Positions 37,501 through 44,574 of a stretch of 64,000 nt of DNA are shown here, in pieces. The translations under genes and the position numbers were made by a program. Numbering within the stretch: the stretch's first letter is position 1; each line of letters starts with the position of its first letter. This DNA comes from Candidatus Omnitrophota bacterium. Lineage in GTDB: Bacteria > Omnitrophota > Gorgyraeia > Zapsychrales > JBDRMG01. The notes below the pieces were generated by a model, which saw nothing but the letters and a program-made list of their open reading frames with translations, was not told where the DNA came from and did no database searches. The stretch lies in the NCBI GenBank assembly GCA_043812495.1, contig JBDRMG010000016.1, positions 2,137-66,136 of the forward strand. The letters are read 5' to 3'.

Positions 37501-38731
37501 TTTTGACAGGATCTAAAACAGTCGAAACTGTTCTTAGCGATCCGGCTGTTGTTTCATTTGCTTTGGCTAAAGTTTCAACTCCACTCTTTGATTCAACTGA
37601 AAGAGCTTCATCAATTGCCTTTCCTCGGAACTCCATCCCGCCAGAAAAATATTTCCTGGGTATAATCTGTCGAGTTGTTGGATCATAATCTTCTTTGATG
37701 TAGTTATAAACGCCTACTTTAAACGCTTCGACATACTGTTGATAAATTTTTTCTCTAACCTTCTTGTCCTCAATGTCAACCCCACTGACTTTATTTTCAC
37801 CAACATAAACTTTTCCCAAAAGACTTTCTTTAAGATTACGCTTAAACCATGTGGCCAGAATCATGGAATGATATATCTGACGCAATAATGAAAAGTTTTC
37901 TCCGTTATTAACCTCTTTCTCAATCTCCGGGATAATGACTTCTCTCACAATTTCAGAAGAAATATTGCTGAGTTGTTCAACATCCTCTTCATCTAACTTA
38001 TCCGTGCCAATTGTTTCTTTGTTTAGATTTTCCTTGAGAGCAAGATAATCCCCTTCCAGCATGACTTTTAAATGGCTTTCAATAATAAAAGCCGTATCTC
38101 CGGTCTCGTACACAAGAGCTTTTTCCGGAACAACCCAGACTTTATTGAAAGTATTTATTGGTATTTCTGCCGTCCCATAACGCTCGCGCGCCTTCTCATA
38201 GACTCGATTCCAAAACTGTTCCCCTAATTCGTCTTCAGGATAAATCAACGAAGCCGTTAATTGCTTGAGGATATAGTCCTGGCCCAACAAATCCCTGCCC
38301 ATTTCAGTAATACCTAATTGATCAGGGATAATTCTATCCTGTTCATAAGGGGATAGATTGACCCATAATTCGTCCTCTGGCACCGTTAGGGAAGCCAGGA
38401 AATATTTGATAAGTTTGGAAGATTCTGTCTGTAAAGTTTCATCCTCGAATTGAGCGCTGCCTGTATCTATGATGAAATCAAATCGAAGAGGATTATTCAC
38501 AAAGATCTTGATACCTTTTATAACGGCAGGGGTAAAATTCGGGGTTGGCATAACCATAGCTCCGACCGCAGGAAGATTCAACAGACCCTGGGCATGAGCA
38601 GGCGGTGGCGGGGTGATGAGGCTTGAGAGAAACGCCAGAATAACAAAAGACACAGCGCATCTGTAAGGGGCCCTGGAGGTAGCGTTTGATTTTCGGCTTT
38701 GAGAAAGCATCCCTTTAATATGAATATTCAT
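31514..38731 (-). CDS. 2405-aa predicted exported multidomain protein: N-terminal scaffold, M48-type zinc peptidase, UbiB/ABC1-type kinase, C-terminal motif
   Basis: Signal peptide ending AHA-Q; PNAY..LSHEILH..EYQSD..GTHPQIEERL (~36340-36850); VAIKV, ELDF.QEA.N, MEYIDG, HGDPHLGN, LIDAG (~32050-32950); GGIDLN..GFSPVIFQIVP.NLPLLL tail. Confidence 0.9.
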   Translation of the reverse strand: MNIHIKGMLSQSRKSNATSRAPYRCAVSFVILAFLSSLITPPPPAHAQGLLNLPAVGAMVMPTPNFTPAVIKGIKIFVNNPLRFDFIIDTGSAQFEDETLQTESSKLIKYFLASLTVPEDELWVNLSPYEQDRIIPDQLGITEMGRDLLGQDYILKQLTASLIYPEDELGEQFWNRVYEKARERYGTAEIPINTFNKVWVVPEKALVYETGDTAFIIESHLKVMLEGDYLALKENLNKETIGTDKLDEEDVEQLSNISSEIVREVIIPEIEKEVNNGENFSLLRQIYHSMILATWFKRNLKESLLGKVYVGENKVSGVDIEDKKVREKIYQQYVEAFKVGVYNYIKEDYDPTTRQIIPRKYFSGGMEFRGKAIDEALSVESKSGVETLAKANETTAGSLRTVSTVLDPVKNLDRFRRLINILARSENVPEVANDATEDQILEFILGHLEQQGLIAETMDEENDVRVFVISDAVKETDLGKAIQRWVMDPKGGVQAINFKGTDEIWKIIVFESEIDQQLDLEREEVQERKAGKHWIIAHNNARQRLRAGDQQIDQETARQEYEVARRDIISPSIRRVPVSDRKKVGKTIPGTPLKSQSEYNRDVDRKEKFLKQKDVVDRFIAPGKEDFEQFQTLYDEVRSVIDRLLIAQGLNPQEFQFFLADTTDPNAYVVNYYNTIVVNLGLIRMLTEYASTNNLDVTQDALAWVLSHEILHIMQNRREIDEGRFDEKKRLIDRHAEDRGKEYQSDLLALWLMDRAGFSVRSAPHILAGIEHWLTARGERDAFWGTHPQIEERLRKLQHQILTYHWQNQDVPPTALKSVPLSQQRTRFREFQERVINVTNTSNLISLLNEAKTIEELHFAMLIGYEVLPDTEKQFYLLAQTVFEQRIKEFSGEDEAKQVLFKYMRDEIYVMLGLKREDLSSDMNSFLGLGQLLSPETIVQIYELGVPGIFSMSIDVEKQKMNDRHEQAKRVLSRLDSYVLPMKGPRRASDRFKHYASGFLYGLYIRMVKDAQQGKLTLEQARHFLTDLIDMQDSQGYFKGYLFAEPLSQMASVLTSSTVYRSQLESEDIRLLIRVYEILGTKVNYALKADGLAEELYKLARNTSPDAKKELMDWLLRRDDGWNSLRAEFIKLDIQTLFKEGQGIVFLGSRIEYLDSLLANKNIVKNMQNVLKVFVEAAHAKANKVSSEELVLVHQKIFTKFREEHINNDLGIFRDLWLRARGDSQMFTGDAFERVLFEHIPKEFRPLIERTRRELRPIFYVIALGGGIPEGKNLRNFIFGALRVREKKGSMFSDPQIISFIKNAEPERPVYDEEDLSERYNALSNKDRLKIFDRWNEINPERRIENVNNDEFGLIKELLERNRHSIGQLLSEKDSTPEQQEEAFGKYTAPVYLQALFVELGYDVRLKEDDVRLGSSVWRVFAGDISGKGVSEEADYTKQATKQRPRNAVRFMREEIAFDDFMRLFDFIALLPADYEEAVDVVVREMPPSVFKNFVLYMLFVNRVLINQAGYTGHNDAIFDIKRMQMHLAGLSTDERAGVLSAIAAIAPYFVHDGIMEKSNEATVAAYWRDRYSKNAPQLDETAIRQEHNQESGDYDDMIYSNPGGPVAQLYVFVSRLAEEEMRNIIGFSELSLASKRESIEKYYPQSSLVRDKWIKEAIQAEGRDKTVDEIEKLLAMVHNRELRDNLALGVFDQYRTEHPEEFGTLDDVLQKIQRFFPEASLIRDDILSETAQFLTKTREQYEQVRALYLDPFKKTKDLDLKETARTAMHADVFRAWMKDRSPTEKAHLLLWLMGITDEKPFFLIDFEYNFHVNADSMREDFGRRQSKYYPLAGQSSQREALEPFLYGEKGIFNDPTAMSNLLDGMFDFLIKDGPNKSVLKKVFDKVFEKADQSRREEIFLSLAWTLSLQRGEMQAGQPNITPERQEARAVRMFLESLGLVGRQLAQVLARSLWVTPVMRDELSLVQDSARRMDKGVVFDMLEKFDLTGQFESIEEPLGSAKIAGVYRAKMRDGRIVAIKVKRSEVDKTIEADMKFLKDVFDDDLRSAFVEEGIVIPDNFISQLEEGFRQELDFEQEAKNTAELGSRVQRTVLKRIKEFSLKKLFGDTRLGEVRGDYEFYVPQIIEVFNNSLIVMEYIDGIKLSNEARVQESGVDQKDVELAVANELLREIFYEGFYHGDPHLGNILIQKGENGRVRIVLIDAGASFGLNKNNRRLLGKLMVAVRDSQKDVLENIIQELGGTLNRDIRNELVTQVLQSKNSVGQKLLWFFHILEMNHIEMPNELLNIMRFFATGQALFDRGNSGSVDEAQEDFVQAEQLDRVIVEGQDHIAAEKVGGIDLNPNILELQTQGAGVDFSIPIDPQSIQSIQIGGFSPVIFQIVPTNLPLLLDLSEDELESPQLGLLR

Positions 38732-39007
38732 AATATTTTTAATAAGTAAATTTGTTAAGAAAAGTATACCATGATATTGATCGAGAAAGGGTTCAATGGG
38801 GCGTTTTTGAGAAAACGCTTTCTTATTTTTTATCGACGGAAAATAGCAGAATTATTAATAATGGACCGAAGAAGGGGATATTTATTGCGGATTTCTTGGG
38901 ATAAGGGCATCCCAAATGGGCTGGTTAGGATTTACACTTGTCCGCATTGTGGGCAGCTCAGTTTTCTGGTTTTCCTATAAGGAAATATTAAATTGTATTT
39001 ACTCTAT

Positions 39008-39095
39008 CCCCGCCCGCCATTGATTCGGTGGCGGGCGGGGTCAATTCGCACTGATCAGTTACGTTCCCTACAGTCACGTAACTGATGTGCTCATT
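39008..39095 (+). repeat. Composite palindromic element
   Basis: ccccgcccgcca-ttgattcgg-tggcgggcgggg, tc, AATTC gcac-tg-atcagttacgt-tccctacagtc-acgtaactgat-gtgc TCATT. Confidence 0.85.
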
Positions 39096-39105
39096 GATTT
39101 GTTTT

Positions 39106-40269
39106 TTATATAACCTTATCTGCCCATAGGCGGTTTAAGAAATTTTCCCAGGGCCATATGTCCATCTTGTTGTGAAGTCTTTTTTCTTTTTCGTTGCAAA
39201 CCACGATACTTTTTGAGGGTGAAAAAATTTCCCTAAAGGCATTTAACCCACGCAAATCTTTTCTTCCGATGCGGCTAGAGCCTTTGACTTCAACGGCCGC
39301 TTCTCCTTTTCCAAGCACAAAATCGACTTCCATGCCTGTCTTGGTTCTCCAGAAATGAATGTCAAAGTTCTTATTGCTGTAGGAGCGATAGGCAACGATT
39401 TCCATCAAGATAAAGTGTTCAAAGGCCCTTCCAAAGTCGCTGCCCCGGGTCTGGGCCACATGCCTTTTTGTCAAATACCCCGCGACACCCACATCAAACA
39501 GATAGTATTTCGGGGTCTTTGTGATCACCTGCCGCGATTGTCTTTTGCGAAAGGGCTCAAGGCGGATAGCCAGCAATGTATCGATAAGGATTTGATAATA
39601 TTCTTTGACTGTCTTGGAATCAACGGCGCATTCGCGGGCAATGTTGGAATAATTTGTCAGTTCTCCGTGGGAGTAAGCAAAAGCATCAAAAAATCTTGAA
39701 AACGCCGGTATATTGCGCGTCAAACCCTCGGCAAAAATTTCTTCACGCAAATAATCCTGAACATAGGCCTTTAGCGATCTTTGCGCCTCTTCTTTATTCT
39801 GCAAATAATGAATCGGAATCATCCCCTGATTTAATGCACGCAAAAGGTCGACTTTCATTAATTCCCGGCTCACAAAGGGAAACAATTCGTACCGCCAGGC
39901 CCTGCCGCCCAAGAGGTTGGCATGGCCTCTTTTTAACTTTCGCGCACTTGAACCGCAGAGGATGAACCTCAATCCTTTATTTTCTATCAACCAATGTATT
40001 TCATCCAGAACCTGCGGAATCTTCTGGACTTCATCAATAATGATGGGTTTCTTGAAAAAGGAATCCTCTTGGGCAAGAATACGCTCACGCAATAGCGCCG
40101 GATTCTTGGATATTTCCATAAATAAATCCGTTTTCAGAAAATCATAAACAAGGCTGTCTGGAAACCTCTCTTTTAAGAAAGTGGTTTTGCCGGTTTTCCG
40201 GGCGCCCCAAAGAAACGCCGATTGCCCCCGGGAAAGCTTCAAATCCAATATTCTTGGTATCCTTCTCAT
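39106..40269 (-). CDS. AAA_14 ATPase with DUF4143 (COG1373 type, C-terminal PD-(D/E)xK-like motif)
   Basis: GARKTGKTT, IIIDEVQK, CGSSARKL, LLGGRA, KYYLFDVG, FWRT..EVDFV..AVEVK. Confidence 0.92.
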   Translation of the reverse strand: MRRIPRILDLKLSRGQSAFLWGARKTGKTTFLKERFPDSLVYDFLKTDLFMEISKNPALLRERILAQEDSFFKKPIIIDEVQKIPQVLDEIHWLIENKGLRFILCGSSARKLKRGHANLLGGRAWRYELFPFVSRELMKVDLLRALNQGMIPIHYLQNKEEAQRSLKAYVQDYLREEIFAEGLTRNIPAFSRFFDAFAYSHGELTNYSNIARECAVDSKTVKEYYQILIDTLLAIRLEPFRKRQSRQVITKTPKYYLFDVGVAGYLTKRHVAQTRGSDFGRAFEHFILMEIVAYRSYSNKNFDIHFWRTKTGMEVDFVLGKGEAAVEVKGSSRIGRKDLRGLNAFREIFSPSKSIVVCNEKEKRLHNKMDIWPWENFLNRLWADKVI

Positions 40270-40304
40270 TCTGAATGTCCTCCGAAATAGTCTAACTATT
40301 TAGG

Positions 40305-40333
40305 AGTATACTCCATATTGGTATTTTTGTCAA
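40305..40333 (-). promoter_or_regulatory. Sigma70 promoter of the AAA ATPase with a palindrome over the -10
   Basis: TTGACA-17 bp-TATACT; perfect palindrome GGAGTATACTCC 40303-40314. Confidence 0.7.
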
Positions 40334-40435
40334 ATTTTGTTTTTTGGGGGTTTGGGGACATGCTTTGGCTAGCCTTTAACCTTCGGGAAAAATCGGCCCA
40401 ACGATTCCAGTAAGGATGAACATCAGAATCAGGAT

Positions 40436-41503
40436 TTAAGCCTCTGATTTGGATCTTTCAGGAAGGGAAATTAAGGATTCCACGGCCCGGAAGACCTCTC
40501 GCGCTTCAATTGCCTGAAGACACGAGAGGCAGGATTCCTCATCGCTTTGCGCGCATTCTTCGCACCCCTGGTCACGGTGGATCGCAAAAGCCTTTTGGCC
40601 TAAAGGACGCCAGCGCGTATGACTGATACCACCGCTTCTATGGCCAAATATGGAAATCACAGGGGTGCCTACGGCGCTCGCAATATGCACAGGACCCGAA
40701 TCATTGGAAATGAGCAAGCAGCTTTGACGTAAAAGACAAACCAGTTGACCCACGGTCGTTAGGGCTACGGCATCCATAAAGGGCCACCGGCATGAGGACT
40801 TGATCGCATCAGCGATTTCCTGGGTCTCCAACCCTCCTATGAGCATCATGCGGACAGAATATTTTTCTCGGATAAGACCAATCAATTCCGCGAACTTTTC
40901 AGGCGGCCAGCGTTTGGTTTCGTCGCTGCCACCTGGATGGATGGCGATAAAAAGATCCTGGCCTTTAATATTATGCTCAACGAGAAATTGCTTTACCCAC
41001 ATTTCGTTTCGTGTTTTGATGGGAACATGGAGATTCATATAATTGGTGGCCTTAATGCCCAGCGCCTCGAGTAAATCAAGACAATACTGCGCTTCGTGCT
41101 TTGTCCCTAAAGGACGGTCGTCTTGAATCTTTTTCGTCAACAAAAAACCGAATTTGTTGTTGTGATATCCGACTCTTTCCGGAATCCCGGCCAAGAAGCA
41201 AATCAAATTGGTCCTTTTTTTCGTGTGATAGACAATCGCACAATCAAATTTTTTCTTTCTTAAGGCAAAAATAAATTTCCAGAAACGGATGGGTCCTTTG
41301 TCTTTTTCCTGGCGATCATACACAATCACTTCATCAAGATAAGGATTTCCGTCAACCAGTTCCACCGTCGCGGGTGTGACCATAAGTGAAATTTTTGACT
41401 TTGGATAGGCTTGGCGAAGATACGCCAAGGCCGGTGTTGTGAGGATCACATCCCCGATTCTGTCGGTGCGTACAACGAGGATATTTTTCAAAGGCTTAAT
41501 CAT
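40436..41503 (-). CDS. GT9 heptosyltransferase-family protein
   Basis: RTDRIGDVILTTP, IHPGGS..KRWP, ISNDSGPVHIA. Confidence 0.93.
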   Translation of the reverse strand: MIKPLKNILVVRTDRIGDVILTTPALAYLRQAYPKSKISLMVTPATVELVDGNPYLDEVIVYDRQEKDKGPIRFWKFIFALRKKKFDCAIVYHTKKRTNLICFLAGIPERVGYHNNKFGFLLTKKIQDDRPLGTKHEAQYCLDLLEALGIKATNYMNLHVPIKTRNEMWVKQFLVEHNIKGQDLFIAIHPGGSDETKRWPPEKFAELIGLIREKYSVRMMLIGGLETQEIADAIKSSCRWPFMDAVALTTVGQLVCLLRQSCLLISNDSGPVHIASAVGTPVISIFGHRSGGISHTRWRPLGQKAFAIHRDQGCEECAQSDEESCLSCLQAIEAREVFRAVESLISLPERSKSEA

Positions 41504-41509
41504 GAATTT

Positions 41510-42499
41510 TTATTTCAAAAGTGAATGGATTTCAATGACATGAACGATATCGTCCAGCGTAATCTGCGCCATGCAGGTATGCTGGTCATTTTTTTTGGGA
41601 CGCTCGCAAGCCGGGCAATTCTCATTTTTTCTTACGGCAAAACTTTGCGCACTCCATGGTCCGTAAGTACCCGGATCCGTCGGGCCAAACAAAGCCACAA
41701 TAGGCCGGTCCAGATAGCTGGCCAAATGCATCACCGCGCTATCATTGGCCACCACAAGGCAGCATCGCTTAAGAAGCGCTGCCAGTTGAATAAGCGTCGT
41801 TTGGCCGCATAAATTTATGCACGGATTTTTCATCTTTTTGATGACGGCGTTTGTGGTTTTCTCATCCGCTTGATCCCCCACAAAAATAACCTTCACTTGA
41901 TAGCGTCCCGTGATTTCATCCGCCAGGCCCGCAAAACCATCCGGCGCCCATCTTTTCTTTTCATCCGCGGCTCCGGCGTTGATCACGACAAATCGTTTTT
42001 CTGCCCCCAGCTTCGCCTGGATCATGCGATCCGCGGAATCGCTAATGTCTTTGGGAACAGAAAAAACGTATGAGTGATCAGCTTCTTGAGGAAAATCATA
42101 AACGGTTTTTAATTGTTTGAGGTGCTTGCTTTTCCTGTGCAGCCCTTTGGGTCCGGCCACAAAGAAAGATGTTCGGTATTTTGATCCAATCAAGAAAGGA
42201 ATGGCAGTATTGCGCAAATCAACCGCTAAATCAAATTTTTCTTTTCTCAAATTCAAAATCCATCTCAGCTTATAGGAAATCGACCCGTATTTGTCAAATG
42301 TATAGGCGCGAACAATCGCAGGATTGTCGTTGACTAGCGCCAAGGCCTTGGGCCCGACGATCACGGATAATTTAGCCAAGGGAAAGTTTTCCTTGAGAAT
42401 ATCCATGACGGGAAACGTCAAGATGACATCCCCCAAATTGCTCAGAGAAATGACAAGGATTTTCTCGACGTCAGATTTTTTTAAACGCTTCGCATACAT
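41510..42499 (-). CDS. GT9 heptosyltransferase-family protein
   Basis: LSNLGDVIL, KKRW, ANDSAVMHLA, LFGPT. Confidence 0.93.
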   Translation of the reverse strand: MYAKRLKKSDVEKILVISLSNLGDVILTFPVMDILKENFPLAKLSVIVGPKALALVNDNPAIVRAYTFDKYGSISYKLRWILNLRKEKFDLAVDLRNTAIPFLIGSKYRTSFFVAGPKGLHRKSKHLKQLKTVYDFPQEADHSYVFSVPKDISDSADRMIQAKLGAEKRFVVINAGAADEKKRWAPDGFAGLADEITGRYQVKVIFVGDQADEKTTNAVIKKMKNPCINLCGQTTLIQLAALLKRCCLVVANDSAVMHLASYLDRPIVALFGPTDPGTYGPWSAQSFAVRKNENCPACERPKKNDQHTCMAQITLDDIVHVIEIHSLLK

Positions 42500-43478
42500 C
42501 GTTCACCGTAATCGATTTCATACAGGAATTATCCGGACATACCAGATGGTAACAAGCCGCGCGATTGCAGCCAATATCATTCTGCAAAATTTCACAGGTT
42601 GCTTTTCCCCTGGGACCTGTGATTTCGGATCGCGTGGGACCAAAAAGGGCAATGGACTTCGTCCCAACACTATTAGCGATATGCAAAGGACCGCTATCAT
42701 TAGAAATAACGCAAAAGGCCTGTTGCATCAAGGCGGCTAATTGTTTTAAATTTGTTCGGCCGGCCAAAAGAACCGGTCGGTTGCTGCAAAAATCCGCAAC
42801 TCTCTTGATCAAATCTTCATCCTTGGCGCTTGCGATCAAGACAACCCGAACATCCCTTTCTTTCTGCAGTCGGTCGATCAGCAAGGCAAAGTTCTTCTCA
42901 GGCCAACGTTTTAGATTCCAATTGCCGCCGACGTGAATCACAACAAAACGCTCATGAGCATCCATATGATTTTCTTTTAAAAGCTGTTCGATGTAATGCT
43001 GATCTTCTTCTGTTGTCTTGATAGCGCAAGTTCGGTCCTGCGCTTGTACGCCGAAGGACTCAATCACGCGAAGATAATAGTCCGCGCGATGCAACGGCTC
43101 CTTTGCGGACTGAACTTTATGCGTCAGAAGAATGCCTCTTTTCTTGGCCTCATAACCGACGCGCACGGGAATTCCCGCCAAGTAAACCAAGAGAGCGCGC
43201 GTCCAGGAGCGATGCAGAAGAAAACAGGCATCAAATTTCTTCTTGCGTAATTCAAGAATAAGACCAAGCTTCGTCCAGGGATGAATGTGCCGGCCTTTCT
43301 CATCGTAAAGAATGATATCGTCCACGTCCGGAATCATCTCTAATATTTCTTTGACGCGCGGAACCGCCATGCAGGATATGCGCGCCTGAGGATAAGCCGT
43401 TTTGAGGGCCTTAAAAATGGGGGATGAAAAGATCACATCACCGACCCAATTGACATTCACCACAAGAATATTATTCAT
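42471..43478 (-). CDS. waaF: LPS heptosyltransferase II-like (GT9)
   Basis: NWVGDVI, KRWP, SNDSGPLHIA, LFGPT. Confidence 0.85.
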   Translation of the reverse strand: MNNILVVNVNWVGDVIFSSPIFKALKTAYPQARISCMAVPRVKEILEMIPDVDDIILYDEKGRHIHPWTKLGLILELRKKKFDACFLLHRSWTRALLVYLAGIPVRVGYEAKKRGILLTHKVQSAKEPLHRADYYLRVIESFGVQAQDRTCAIKTTEEDQHYIEQLLKENHMDAHERFVVIHVGGNWNLKRWPEKNFALLIDRLQKERDVRVVLIASAKDEDLIKRVADFCSNRPVLLAGRTNLKQLAALMQQAFCVISNDSGPLHIANSVGTKSIALFGPTRSEITGPRGKATCEILQNDIGCNRAACYHLVCPDNSCMKSITVNDVCEAFKKI

Positions 43479-44574
43479 GTTCGCCCATGGCCTTTTGGTA
43501 GCAAGCGATTGTTTTTTCAACCATCTTTTCCGCGGAGAATTCTTTCTGAATAAAAAGCCGCGCTGATTCTCCTATTTTCTTGGCCCTGATGGGGTCTTTC
43601 AATAGAGCGATGACGGCCCGGCCAAGCTCCTTGGGATCTTTGCTTGAAACCAAAACACCTGTTTCATTGTCCTGGATGAGGCTCGGAATACCGCCCACTC
43701 TTGAGGCCACAACGGGTAAACCCACCGCTTGCGCCTCCATCACCGAAAGGCCTAAACCTTCTTGGATTGACGGCATAACAAAAATATCAAAAATTGGTAA
43801 GATCCAGGCCGTTTTATTGACGATAGGATAAAAAGAAATGTTCTGCGCCAAGCCCAGCTCTTTGGTCATTTGCTTTAATAAGTCTTCTCTTTTCCCTTCA
43901 CCAATAATCATCAAGCGTGCCTGAGGAATTTCTTGCACAATATGCTTCATGGCCGAAATCAATATGTCATGGCCCTTGACATCGGATAACCTGGCGATGA
44001 TTCCAATCACGGGGCCTTGATCCAGATGAAATTCTTTCCGCCTATCTTCTTTCGTCTTTTCATCAATGAGGCGAAACTCATCTAGATCAATTCCGTTGGG
44101 AATAAGGTCAATTTTGTCTTTCGGAACGTGAAAATCCTTTTCAAGATGACGTCGCACGGCCTCACTGATGGCAATAGTCCGGTTGCCCCAGCAGGGAAAT
44201 ATTTTTCTGGATAAACGGGGTTTAAAAAAACCGTGGCATGTGCAGACACAGGGTTTTTGAGACATTTTCTGAAGAAAAAAGCCTATAACTTGCGTCACGC
44301 GCGTATGCGCATGAATAATGTCAATCTTTTCGTTTCGTATAAGCTCTCTGAGCTTTTTTAAAGACAGATAAAGTCTTGGATTTAATTCGGATTTTGTGCG
44401 AAGCGCGAATGTCTGATGCCTAGCGCCCATCGCTATCAAATCATTGACTCGGTCACCGCCGCTCGAGACAACAATCACGCGATGCCCTCTCGATAAAAGA
44501 CTTTTTGTGAGCGTGAGAATATAACTCGCAATTCCGCCTGTATGGCAATGAGTCGACAGAATAAGAATGTTCAT
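43471..44574 (-). CDS. GT4 glycosyltransferase
   Basis: GGIASY, IIHAH, IPNGID, KGHDIL, EGLGLSVMEAQA. Confidence 0.93.
   Translation of the reverse strand: MNILILSTHCHTGGIASYILTLTKSLLSRGHRVIVVSSGGDRVNDLIAMGARHQTFALRTKSELNPRLYLSLKKLRELIRNEKIDIIHAHTRVTQVIGFFLQKMSQKPCVCTCHGFFKPRLSRKIFPCWGNRTIAISEAVRRHLEKDFHVPKDKIDLIPNGIDLDEFRLIDEKTKEDRRKEFHLDQGPVIGIIARLSDVKGHDILISAMKHIVQEIPQARLMIIGEGKREDLLKQMTKELGLAQNISFYPIVNKTAWILPIFDIFVMPSIQEGLGLSVMEAQAVGLPVVASRVGGIPSLIQDNETGVLVSSKDPKELGRAVIALLKDPIRAKKIGESARLFIQKEFSAEKMVEKTIACYQKAMGEHE

Noticed and set aside
38771-38980. 69-aa ORF with CPHC, a possible zinc ribbon
   Set aside because: Only one CxxC, no clear RBS, and it overlaps the likely promoter region of the giant gene. 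Support is insufficient.
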